Origin: the human T2T-CHM13v2.0 reference genome, Homo sapiens
Length of the DNA: 64,000 bases
Assembly (NCBI RefSeq): GCF_009914755.1
Contig: NC_060934.1
Reading direction: 5' to 3' (one strand)
Position numbers and translations under genes: made by a program. The notes below the pieces were generated by a model. It saw only the letters and a list, made by a program, of their open reading frames with translations, was not told the origin of the DNA and did not search any database. Below are positions 28,516-41,127 of this stretch, in pieces; the stretch's first letter is position 1; each line of letters begins with the position of its first letter.

Positions 28516-28945
28516 ATATCTTCTCTCAGTTCGTGACTTGATTTATCACTATCATTGATTGAAATAAAATCCAATTAATCAATCTTTTTTTTTTTTTAGG
28601 GTTGGTGAGCTTTATGTCCTATTTAAGAAATCTTTGCCTACCCTAAGGTCATAAGAGTATTTTATGCTTTCTTCCGAAGCTTCAGTGTTTTCCCTTTCAC
28701 ACAATACTTTTATATATGATGTAAGGTATGGATTAAGCAAAAATCCTAAAAACAGCCAAAGAAAAAAGACATTACTTTCAAAAGAGTGACCATATTACTT
28801 ATATTTGATTTATCAACAAAAATTATTGGGCCAGAAGATAATGAAATGACATTTTTAGACAGCCAAATTTGGACTTCAGCAATTTGACTATGATTTACAT
28901 CGTTGTGGTTTCTTTTGTATGTATCTTGATTGATACTGGCAGAGT

Positions 28946-29740
28946 TTTTTTTTTTTTTTTAATTGAGATAAAACCCACATAACATAAAATTAACCATTTT
29001 AAAGTGCAATTTAGTGACGTTTAGTACATTCACAAAGTTGTACAACCATCATCATTATCTAGTTCCAAAATATTTTCATTACCCTAAAAGGAAATCCTAT
29101 ATCCATTAAGCAGTCACTCACCATTTCCCACCTCCCTATAGAACCTGGAAACTACTAATCATTTTTTTTGTCTCTATGGATTTACCTATTCTTGATATTT
29201 AATATACATTCATCCCTCAGTATATGTGGGGGATTGGTTCCAGGACCTCCATGTTACCAAAATCCACACATAGTCAGGTCTTGCAGTCTGCCCTGTTGAC
29301 CCTGTGTAAACAAAAAAGTCAGGCCTCTGTACACTCAGGTTCTGCATCCCAGTAATTTTCCATCCACATTTGGTTGAAAAAAAATCCACGTATAAATGAA
29401 CCTGAACATTTCAAACTACATTGTTTAAGAGTCAACTATAAATGGAATCCTACAGTATGTTGTCCTTTATGACTGGCTTCCTTCACTTAATGTTTTTGAA
29501 GTTCGTTCACATTGTACCATGTATCAGTATTTCATTTCTTTTTATGGCAGAATAACATTCGATGGTATTGATATATTTTATTTATTCATTCATCTGTTGA
29601 TGGACATTTGGGATGATTCTACCTTTAAGCTATTGTGAGTACTGCTGTATGAATATTCATGAACATATATTTGTTTGAATGCCTGTTTTCAATTCTTTGG
29701 AGCATACACACCTATGAGTGAAACCACTGGGTAACAGTAA
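28946..29740 (-). mobile_element. L1MB-type 3' end containing MER8 (Tigger-derived, about 29207-29438)
   Basis: Antisense L1 3'UTR (aattgagata..cacataacataaaattaaccattttaaagtg) and MER8 termini catccctcagtat..ggggattggttccaggac / tttaagagtcaact. Confidence 0.8.
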
Positions 29741-31929
29741 CAGTAGGAAGGTCCTATGGATGGAAATCACTCTCACCTCAGAAGAGTCAGTAAAGAGTCT
29801 CCTTTGAACAAATTTCCACATGAAAAATTAGAAAGATAAAGAAAACAAAGACAATCTGGGTTAGAGTGAAATTGAAATTACACAGGACAATGTGTTCACT
29901 TAGAGAAGAGGAAAGGAAAGCTGATAATAGATGCCAAGAGTATTAGCATTTTTCTCCCTAGGAGACTTGGTATTGCTAACTTCACTGAGTACTTGTGAGG
30001 CATTAATAAGCTAAGGATGGGAAAAGTTAAACTATTTTTTCAATTAAACTTTGGTTGCAGCATCATTAAAACTAAGCTGTTCTGCATGCTACTGATTTCA
30101 TTCTTGGCTACCAGGCTGGTTATTTGTTTGTTGTCTGAATGAAGAGAGAAAGTGCTGCTGGGGGGCAGATCAAACAGAAGTACACATGAGGGGAAAAGAA
30201 TGGTCATGTGTTAATGAGTAAGAGGCAGCTGATCCCTGAGGGATTCTCAGCACAATCTTCTCATTGCAAATTTATTTTCTAAATTTGTTAGCACTATGAG
30301 TGCAGAATTATACAAATGCCTGGGATTTCTTTTTTCCCTTTTCCTGTTGTGTTGGGTGGTTTTATTACTTTAGAACTGGAAGGGACTACATGATCATAAA
30401 GGTCTTCTCACTTATAGATGTAGAAACCCAGAGAGGTGAAATTGTGGTCCAAGGTCATACAACTTATTATTGGGGCTCCTTTCCATACCTCTGAAAATAG
30501 TTATAAGTTCTACTTTTAAAATTAGCCACTATTAAAAACGTAGATTTTAAAAGGTGCCCCTGGCATGCCATAGCCTCTCCTGGCCATAGGAAAAATTTTG
30601 GCAAAGGGCTGGCAAGGGAGCCCATTTGAACAGGGAGGCAATTCTTGGCATCAGCTGTGTCTCTGCACTTTGGCTTTCCCATAATGGCCCTTATACACTC
30701 AGGATGAAGTTTCAGAGTTTGAAGATGACCTTCATCTTTCCTTTCCTTCTGTTTCCTTTATGAGGGATGGGGGTAGAACCAGAGACCTTGCAACAATGCT
30801 ACCATATGGTCATGGCATTTGGTGTCCCTTGAGCAATTTTCTCTTCACAATGAATCCCTGTCTTTCATCTATATGGAACCCACTATATTTGCCAAGTACC
30901 TTTTCATCTACACTCTCAGTGAACCTCAAAACCTTCCTAGTTAGGTTCCATTATCCTAATTTTCAAGAGGAGAAATTTAAAATGTAAAGAGGGAGTAGGC
31001 TGAATTGGCACCAGAGGCCAGGACACATCTCAGGACACCCACCTTGAATCTGGACTGCTAGCCATTCTTTAGCTCCTCCTTGCCCTGACACAGCCTTCCT
31101 CCCAGGGTGTATGAGCCTGTTTGGCATAGGATAACCTGCACTAATGCTCCCCTGGGAATCACAAGCCCGATGCAGGCTGAGAAGACAGAGAGGCTGATGA
31201 AGGTAATGGGAAATAATTATCTCCTTCAAAGGATACATAAGAAAAGTCACTGGAAGCAGCATGATAAAACTTGGACTAATGAAGTCCCAAAGGATTCTGG
31301 TCTTGGAGAAGAAAATATAGTTTACTGGTTTCCAAATCTCTGTTGCATCAGAATCACTTAGGATTGCTTTTAGTTTATTTAATTTTAGTTCCTGAGTAGC
31401 TAATATATGTACAAGGCTCAGAAATCAAAAGGAACAAAAAGCATATGGTAAAAAGTCTCCTCCCATCTCTATGTCCTAGTGACTTTATTTCCCTCCTTGG
31501 AGGCAAGCAACAAATGCTATCAGTTTCTTTTATATAAGTGACTTTAAGCACATATAAGCAGAGTATATATTTCCCCAAAACATATTTTTATATAATATTC
31601 TATGCACATTGTTCTTAACTTTCCTTTTTTCACCTAAACAATATATCTTTGTTTCATATCAGTCCACAAAGAGCTTCCTCTTTCCCTTTTTAATCTGAAT
31701 TAGTATTCCATTACAAGCCTGTACCATAATTTTTATCTAGTCAATTCCCTATTACTAAACATTAAGTTGTTTTTAATTTGTTGCTATTACAGACAAAGGT
31801 GAAATAAATGACCTTGTGCAATGAATGTCCAAGAGAACTCAATTTAAGTCTAAACTCTTACACTATGCAGCTGTGTGGCCTTGGGCAAGTCAGTTAGGAC
31901 TTCAGCCTTTTCAAAATGGAAGGAATCTT

Positions 31930-32225
31930 CTTTTTGTTTATTTGTTTTATTGAGATGGAGTCTTGCTATGTCGCCAGGCTGGAGTGCAGTGGTCTTGGCT
32001 CACTGCAACCTCTGCCTTTTGGGTTCAAGCGATTCCCCTGCCTCAGCCTCCTGAGTAGCTGGGACTACAGGCGCGTGCCACCATGCCCGGCTAATTTTTT
32101 GTATTTTAGTAGAGACGGGGTTTCACCATGTTGGCCAGGATGGTCTCGATCTCCTGACCTCATGATCTGCCCGCCTCGGCTTCCCAGAGTGCCAGGATTA
32201 CAGGCATGAGCCACTGTGCCTGGCC
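31930..32225 (-). mobile_element. AluS (Sc/Sg-like) SINE
   Basis: Perfect 17-bp TSD aaaatggaaggaatctt (31913-31929, 32226-32242). Confidence 0.93.
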
Positions 32226-32394
32226 AAAATGGAAGGAATCTTAACGACCATTTGTTGTAGCATTTTTCCAAAGTATGTTCATGGAACACTCATCCCAAAG
32301 GGTGCCCCCCCGGAAACTGACAGTACACATTAGACTGAGAAGACCACAGTGAACATACATGAATTAATCTAGGGTTTCACAAATATATTTAATA

Positions 32395-32740
32395 ATACTA
32401 TGAAGCCATAAAAAAGAATGAGATTATGTCCTTTACAGGAACATGGATGGAGCTGAAGGCCATCATCCTTAGCAAACAAACACAGGAACAGAAAACCAAA
32501 TACTGCATGTTCTCACTTATAAGTGGGAGCTAAATGATGAGACCACATGGACACAAAGAGGGGAACAGACACTGGGATATAGTTGAGAGTGAAGGATGGG
32601 AGGAGGCAGAGGATCAGAAAAATAACCATTGAGTACTGGGCTTAGTACCTGGGTGATGAAATAATCTGTACAACAAACCCCTGTGACATGAGTTTACCTA
32701 ATAACAAACCTGCACATGTACCACTGAACCTAAAATGAAC
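32395..32740 (+). mobile_element. L1PA/L1PB-type 3' end fragment (5'-truncated)
   Basis: gccataaaaaagaatgagattatgtccttt...aacaaacctgcacatgtacc..tgaacctaaaat. Confidence 0.85.
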
Positions 32741-33214
32741 AATTGTCATGCTGTGGAATTTTCCTTAGAATGCACTTTGAGAAAACAATGTCTAGTCTAG
32801 TCCAACCTCCTCTTATTTTACAGCTAGGAACTCATAGAAGTTTTGGATAATCAGCATCTAATACATGCTTGAACAGTATAGCTCAAAAAATACTGTTTGA
32901 CTTGCATTAAACAAACAGAGATCTATTTAGGGAAATAATACAAGCCTATATAATAAATTTAGAAAGATTTAAAAAACAATAAAGAACAACTTGATGAGAC
33001 CAAGATAGGACATGATAGGACCACAAGAGTTTAGAAATAGATGAAGGTCATTTAATATTTATAGGGGAAGTAAGACTTAATATGGGTCACAAAGGATGAA
33101 CACACATAAGGGCAGGGGTATGAGGGTTAGCCATTCCACGAAAACACAAAACATGTTCTGGGCATAACGAAAATCAGTTTGATTAGGCCCCCAGTCTTCA
33201 CCAATCTTCCTTTA

Positions 33215-33440
33215 GTTCCCTCATTCAACAATCACTACCAAGTATCTGCTATGTACCAGGCACTGTTCTAGGTACTTGGGATAGAGCAGTGAATAAGAGA
33301 CATGGAACTTATATTCTAGAAGGAACTTAGATTCTAGAAGGGAACTCTGCTCTCATGGAACTTATATTCTAGAAGGGTGAAAAAAACCTAATAAGGGACT
33401 CATATTGAGGATAAGTGCTATAAGAAAAAAAATAGGGCTA
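33215..33440 (-). mobile_element. L2 fragment (continues at about 39945-40390 beyond the L1), with a short internal tandem duplication
   Basis: cattcaacaa...tatgtaccaggcactgttctagg, with (ggaacttatattctagaag) repeated three times at 33304-33376. Confidence 0.7.
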
Positions 33441-33444
33441 GAGG

Positions 33445-36400
33445 GTTCTAGGGCTGACTAGAAGTGGCTAGTATGTGCCACTCTCACAGAGAGGAAACAA
33501 AGTGGTAAATAGTGACTCTTCAAGTGGCTCTTTTAAGAAAACATGTTGGGATCCAACAAGGGAGCAAGGGGACACAGGAAGAACAGAGAAGACTGAAGCT
33601 GAGGAGCCGCCTGCCCTGGACTAGTGCAGAGCCAGGAGATGCTCCCTAATATGGGGAAAGAATGAGAACGTAACAACCACCAGGTGATCACAGTTCCCAC
33701 AAGGACCTGTGCAATCTTGGGAACAGGAGAACTTTCCTGAACCCCATGGGCCTCTAGACTGATACAGAGAGCCACCCAGATTTTTGTAGAGGTACCACTC
33801 AAGACCACGGGGAGCCCCACAGGCCTTGGATCCTTGAGCAGCCTGGCACCAGCTACCATAACGCCAGTAGTGGTCACAGTCATGGTGCCAGGGAACAGTC
33901 AGACTGATCCATTCCTCTTTGTCAGACAAAGCTCGGCTCCCACTTCCAGCACGGTGACCTTGCCCTTGTCTGAACACTGTGGGTAGGCTCAGCTCTATGT
34001 TGGCTGGGGAAAAGGTGAGATGGCTGACTCCACCCACCCCTGCTGCTTCTAGTAGAGTGGGACTCGCTGGCTCGGGCTTCCAGGGCAGCAACTCTGCCAC
34101 TGCTTGAACTCTGCTGGTGGGTACAGCTCTTTGTTACCCTGGTAGGCACCCAGATGGCAGACCAGATGACTCTACCCATCTCAGCTGCTCCTAGCCAGGC
34201 AAAACTTGCTTGGGCTTTCAGTACAGTGGCTGGGACCCTGATTAAACTCTGCCAGTGGGCACAACTGTGTTACCCTGGTAAACACCCAGATGGTGGACCG
34301 GGTGATTCCACCCACCCCCACTGCCCAAGCAGGAGAAGAGCCCCCACTCTCAGAACACTGAATGGGGTGAGATGCCTGGGTTTGTGGGCTGGCAGGGAAG
34401 CAGGGCCTACCTTCTTCTGCAGGGCCAGTCCAAGAAGGGTGTAGCCTGTTTGCCAGCCAGGGAATCTGCTTGAGGCAGCGCCATGGCTCAGAACACCTGG
34501 CAAAGGAAACGTGGGCACAGTACCACCGATCAGAAGGGGCTCTTCCAAGGCCCAGGAATGGACCTGGTAAAGGGATCACCTCTCTCACCCTCTATCACAG
34601 AGCACTATCGACAATGCGCTGAAATACAAAAGAGCCCGGTGGCTAAGGGCTTATCTATCGGCCATCGCTCTCAGGCGCCATCTACTGGATGGTAATCCAA
34701 ATTACAACACTAAAAATATTTCGCCCGTATATAGCGCCTGTGAAACCTAAGGCAAAAATCTAGACACAAATAAAGATCTTGTTAAGAGCCTTTGCCCTCT
34801 GAAAGCACCCAGAAATGAAGCCAACTGACTATACTCATCTTACGTCACAAACAAAGAAAGACAAGCCCTCTCAGATGAGAAAGAATCAGCACAAGAATTC
34901 TGGCAATTCAAAAAGCCAGAGTGTCTCCTTACCTCCAAAAGAATATAATAGCCACCCCAACCCCCAAATGGTTCTTAATCAGATTGAAATGACTGAAATG
35001 ACAGACACAGAATTCAGAATCTTGATGGCAAGGAAACTCATTGAGATCCAGGAGAAAGTTGAAACCCAATCCAAGGAATCCAGTAAAATGATCCAAGAAC
35101 TGAAAGATAAAGTAGCCATTTTATGAAAGAACCAAACTTAACTTCTAGAATTGAAGAATTCACCAGAAGAATTTCATAATATAATCAGAACCACTAACAG
35201 CAGAGTAAACCAAGCTGAGGAAACTCTCAGTTTGAAGACTGACTCTTCAAATCAACTCAGACAAAACTAAAGGAAAAAAAATTTAAATGAACAAAACCTC
35301 TGAAACATACAGGATAATGTAAAGAGACAAAATCTATGACTCACTGACATTCCAGAGAGAGAAGATAAGAGAGTAAGCAACTTGGAAAACATATTTGAAG
35401 AAAGAGTCCATGAAAATTTCCCCAATCTCTCTAGGGATGTGGACATGCAAATTCAAGAAATACAGGGAGCCCCTGTGAGAGACCATGTAAGACAACCATC
35501 CTCAAGGCACACAGTCATCAGATTCACCACGGTAAATGAAAAAGAAAAAATCTTAAATGCAGCTAGAGAGAAAGGTCAGGTCATTTACAAAGGGAACCCC
35601 ATCAGGCTAGCAGCAGACCTTTCAGCAGAAAACTTACAAGCCAGAAGAGATTGCAGCCTTTTTTCAGCATCCTCAAAGAAAAGAAATTCCAACCAACAAT
35701 TTCATATCCCACCAAACTCAGCTTCATAAGCAAAGGAGGATACAATCCTTCTCAGACAACCAAACAGTAAGGGAATTGGTTATTACCAGACCAGCCTTAT
35801 AAGAAGTCCTTAAGGGAGTGCTAAACATGGGAACAAAAGGTTGATACCTGCTACCACAAAAGTCACTCAAGCACATAGCCCACAGACAATATAAAGCAAT
35901 TACACGATCAAAATTACAAAACAAAAAGCTAATAACATGATGACAGGATCAAAATCTCACATATAAATACTAACCCTGAATGTGAATGGTCTAAATGCCC
36001 CACTTAAAAGGCATAGAGTGACAAGCTGGATAAAATGACTAGACCCAACTGTCTGCTGTCTTCAAGAAACCAATCTCACATGTAATAACATCCACAGGCT
36101 CAAAGTAAAGGGATGAATAAAGATCTAACATGCAAACAGAAAGCAAAAAAGAACAGGAGTAGCTATTCTTGTATCAGATAAAACAGACTTTAAGTCAACA
36201 ATCAGAAAGGACAAAAAGGAGTATTGCATAATGATAAAGGATTCAATTCAACAAGAAGCCCTAACTATCCTAATATATATGCAGCCAAATTGGAGCACCC
36301 ACCCAGATTTATAAAACAAGTTCTTCTTGACCTATGAAAAGACTTAGACAGCCACACAGTAATAGCAGGGGACTTTAACACTCCACTGACAGTGTTAGAT

Positions 36401-39400
36401 CATTGAGGCAGGAAACTAACTAACAAGGAAAGTCTAGACTTACATGCAATTCTTGACCAATTGGACCTAATAGACATCTACAGAACATTCCACCCAACAA
36501 CCACAGCATATACATTTTTCTCATCTGCTCATGGAACATATTCTAAGATTGACTACATGCTGAGTCATAGAGCAAGTCTCAATAAATTTAAAAAAATCAA
36601 AATAATACCAGGCATACTCTTGAACTGCAGTACAATAAAAATAGAAATTAATACCAAGAAGATCTCTCAGAACTACACAAAAACATGGAAATTAAACAAC
36701 TTGCTCCTGAATAACTCTTGAGCGAACAATGAAATTAAAGCAGAAATAAAAAATTCCTTGAAACTAATGAAAATGGAAACACAACTTACCAAAATCCTTG
36801 GGATGCCACTAAAGTGGTGGTAAGAGAAAAGTTTGTAGCACTAAACACCTTCATTAAGTAGTTAAAAAATTTCAAATTAATAAGCTAACATTGCACCTAG
36901 AGAAATAAGACAAAAAATAATTATTTCTAGAAGAAAAAGAGTAATAATTAAGTCAGAGAAGAACTGAACAAAACTGAGACCCAAAAGTCCATACAAAAGA
37001 TCAATAAAACCAAGAGTTGGTTCTTCAAAGGAATAAAAAAGATTGTTAAACATCTAGCTAGATTAACAAAGGAAAAAAAAAAGATTCAAATAAGCACAAT
37101 CAGAAAGACAAAGATGACATTAAAACCAATCCCACAGAAATAGAATAGAATAGAAAAGATCCTCAGGGACTATTATGAACACCTCTATGTACACAAAGTA
37201 GACAATCTAGAGGAAATGGATAAATTCCTAGAAGCACACAACCTCTCAAGATTGAACCAGGAGGAAAGTGAAAGCCTGAACAGAACAATAATAAACTCAG
37301 AAGTTGAGTCAGTAATAAAAAGCCTGCCAACTAAAAGGAGCCCTCACACAGATGAATTCACAGCCAAATTCTACCAGATGTACAAAGAAGAACTGGTATC
37401 AATCATACTGAAACTATTCCAAAAAATAAAGGCGGAGGATCTCCTCCCTAACTCATTTTATGAAGCCAGTATCCATCCTGATACCAAAATCTGGCAGAGA
37501 CACAATGAAAAAAGAAAACTTCAGGCCAATATCCCTGATGAACACAGACACAAAAATCTTTAATAAATATTAGCAAACCAAATTTAGCAGCACATCAAAA
37601 AGTTAATTCACCACAATCAAGTAGGCATTATTCCTGATATGCAAGGTTGGTTCAACATATGCAAATCAATAATTGTGATTAACCACATAAACAGAATCAA
37701 AAACAAAAACCATATGATTATCTCAATAGATGCAGAACAAGCCTTCAATAAATTTCAACATTGTTTAATTGCAAAAACCCTCAACAGGGGCTAGGCATCA
37801 AAGGCACATACATCAAAATAATAAAAGCCATCTATGACAAATCCACGGCCAACATCATATTGAATGCGGAAAAGCTACAACCATTCCCCTTGAGAACTGG
37901 AACAAGACAAGGATGCCCACTCTTAGCATTTCTATTCAACATGGTATTGGAAGTCCCAGCTAGAGCAATCAGGCAAGACAAAGAAATAAAAGGTATCCAA
38001 ATAAGAGAAGAAGAAATCAACCTATTTCTCTTTGCTGATGATATAATTTTATGCATAGAAAACCCAAAAGGCTCCTGGAACTGATAATTGATCTCAGTAA
38101 AGTTTCAGGATACAAAATCAATATACAGAAATCGGTGGCATTTCAATACACCAATAACATTCTAGCTGAAAGCCAAATCAAGAACACAATCACATTTATA
38201 ATAGCCATAAAAAATAAATACCTAGGAATATATCTAACCAAGGAGGGTAAAATACATCTATAAGAGGAATTACAAAATACTGCTGAAAGTAATGAAATTA
38301 CACAAATAAATAGAAAAATATTCCATGCTCATTGATTGGAAGAATCAATATTGTTAAAATGGCCACACTTTCCAAAGTAATTTACAGATTCAGTGTTATC
38401 CCTATCAAAACACCAATGTCATTTTTCAAGGAAGTAGAAAAGACTATTCTAAAATTCACATGGAACCAAAAAGGAGCCCGATTAGCCAAAGCAATCCTAA
38501 GCAAAAAGAACAACGCCAGAGACATAATGTTACCCAACTTCACTAAAAGGCTACAGTAACCAAAACAGCATGGTATGGGTACAAAAACAGACTTATAGAC
38601 CATTGTAACAGAATAGAGAACCTGGAAATAAAGCCACACAGCTATAACCATCTGATCTTCAATGAACTTGACAAAAATAAGCAATGTAGAAACGACTTCC
38701 TATTCAATCAACGGTGCTGGAATAACTGGCTAACCATATGCAAAATAATGAATCTGGACTACATTTCACCATATACAAAACTCAACTCAAGATGGATTAA
38801 AGATTTAAATGTAATACCTCAAACTATAAAAGTCCTAAAGAAAATGTAGGAAATACCCTTCTCCATATGGTTTAGGTAAAGAATTTGTGGCTAAGTCACC
38901 AAAACCAATTGCGACAAAAACAAAAATTGACAAGTGGGACTTCATTAAACGAAAGAGCTTCTGCACAGCAAAATAAATTAACAATGGAGTAAATAGCCTA
39001 GAGAAAATATTCACAAAGTATGTATTCAATAAAGGTCTACTATCCAGAATCTATAAGGAACTTAAATAAACAAGCAAACCCAAATAATCCAATTAAAAAT
39101 AGGCAAAGGAGATGAAGAGATGCTTATCAAAAGAAGATGTACAAGTGGCTCACAAACATATTAAAAAATACTCAACATCACTAATCATTAGAGAAATGCA
39201 AATCAAAACCACAATAAGATGCCATCTCATATCAGTCAGAATGGTGATTATTAAAAAGTGAAAAGTAACAGATGCTGTTGAGGCTGCAGAGACAAGGGAA
39301 TGCTTATATACTGTTTGTGGGAACGCAAATCAGTTCAGTCATTGTGGAAAGCAGTTTGGAGATTTCTCAAGGAACTTAAAACTGAACTATCATTCATTCC

Positions 39401-39935
39401 AGCAATCCCATTACTGGGTATATACCCAAAGGAAAATAAATCGTTCTACCAAAAAGACACATGCACTTCTATGTTCATGGCTGCATTATTCACAACAGCA
39501 AAGACAGGAAATCAACCTACATGCCCATCAATGGTGGACTGGATAAAGAAAATTTGGTACATATACAGCATGAAATACTATGCAGCCATAAAAATATTGT
39601 GTCCTTTGCAGCAACATGGATGTAGTTTGAGGTCATTATCCTAAGTGAATTAACACAGGAAGAGAAAACCAAATTACAGCATGTTCTCACCTACAAGTGA
39701 GAGCTAAACTTTGAATACACATGGACATAAACATGGGAACAATAGACACTGGGGACTGCTAGAACAGAGGAGGGAATGAAGGGGGTGTGGGATGAAAAAC
39801 CATCTGTTGGGTACTATGCTCACTACCTGGGTGACAGGACCATTTGTACCCCAAACTTCACCATCACATAATACACCCATGTAACAAATGTGCACAGGTG
39901 CCCCCTGAATCTAAAATTTTAAAAAAGAAAAAGTA
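33445..39935 (+). mobile_element. Full-length (about 6.5 kb) inactive LINE-1, L1PA15/16-like, antisense to HPSE2
   Basis: GC-rich 5'UTR of about 1.4 kb. ORF1 remnants (MRKNQHKNSGNSK..., ENFPNL.., IRLAADLSAE) at about 34875-35845. ORF2 from about 35937 with endonuclease (DLIDIYRTFHP..., YSKID) and RT ([12 protein letters not shown] at 38031-38042) motifs, broken by many stops and frameshifts. An L1PA-type 3'UTR and A-rich tail follow. Confidence 0.93.
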
Positions 39936-40413
39936 AAGAAGGGGTTACAAAGAGGGTTGAGATGGGGAGAAAAGATTGCTCTTTTACAAAAGGAGGCCAG
40001 GAAAGGCCACTTTGACATTGGGGCAGAGTCCTGAAAGAAATGAAGGAGTCATGCAGATTTCTAGAGGAAGACTATTCTAGGTAAAGGGGAAGCAAATGCA
40101 AAGATCTAAAGTGGGAGCGTCATTGTCATGTTTCAAGGAACACGAGGTATGCCAGAGTAGAGAGTGGCAGAGTGTAGGACAGTGGTGCAGGAGATGAGTT
40201 CAGGCAGCCAGTTAAGTAGGGCCATGCAGGCCACTCTAAGGGCTTTGGTTCTTATTCCAAGTCAGATGAAGAGACATTAAGGATTTTGAGCAGAGGAATG
40301 GTAGGATCAACATAGTTGCTTATTGGAATAGGGTATAGGTGGAAGCAAGCAGATAGGAATCTATTGCAATAGTCTGGGGAAGAAATAAAAACTGTCTTTG
40401 AATTTTGCTGATC

Positions 40414-41127
40414 CAGGTTTAGTATCCCTTAGAAATGTTCAAGACCAGAAGTGTTTCAGGTTTGGGATTTTTTCATATTTGGGAATATTTGCATTTATAT
40501 TGTTACTAATTGAGCATCCATAATCTGAAAATTCAAGATCTGAAATGCTCCAGTTGAGGGAAGAGAGAGACCCTCTCATATTGTTTTATATTGTTTTATA
40601 CTCAGTACCTGTTTTAAGAAAAAACAAGGAAGTGGAATCAAAGACAGGCAGCCCGGCGCCAGGCCCAAAACCAGGCCTGGGCCTGCCTGGCCTAAACCCA
40701 GTAGTTAAAAATCAACTCATAACTTAGAAACCGATGTTATTCATAGATTCCAGACATTGTATAGAAGAACATTGTGAAACTCCCTGCCCTGTTCTGTTTC
40801 TCTCTACCAGTGCATGAAACCCCTGTTACATATCCCCTAGATTGCTCAATCAATCACGACCCTTTCATGTGAAATCTTTAGTGTTGTGAGCCCTTAAAAG
40901 GGACAGAAATGGTGCACTTGGGGAGCTCGGATTTTAAGGCATTAGCTTGCCAATGCTCCCAGCTGAATAAAGCCCTTCCTTCTACAACTTGGTGTCTGAG
41001 AGGTTTTGTCTGCAGCTCGTCCTGCTACACAGTAAGCATTTCCTCTGAGAATCGTGTTGGTGTTAAAAAAATTTTGGATTTTGGTGCATTTCAGATTTTG
41101 GATTTTTGAATTAGGGATACTCAACTG
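40414..41127 (+). mobile_element. Tigger4a/MER46A-like DNA transposon, split by an LTR
   Basis: TIRs caggtttagtatccctt / ttagggatactcaactg followed by TA. The two halves rejoin at aatgctccagt|aagcatttcc. Confidence 0.85.
40555..41029 (+). mobile_element. ERV1 solo LTR, LTR2B-like (HERV-E/Harlequin group)
   Basis: TG...CA termini, perfect 4-bp TSD cagt (40551-40554, 41030-41033), TATA-like cttaaaag at about 40893, and AATAAA at 40966-40971. Confidence 0.85.

Noticed and set aside
33533-34588. Long antisense ORFs (up to 159 aa) in the L1 5'UTR, considered as ORF0-like
   Set aside because: A GC-rich repeat region is naturally stop-poor. I see no resemblance to ORF0, which is described for much younger L1PA families.
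34815-39644. L1 ORF1/ORF2 as an active retrotransposon
   Set aside because: Both ORFs are broken into many short pieces by stops and frameshifts.
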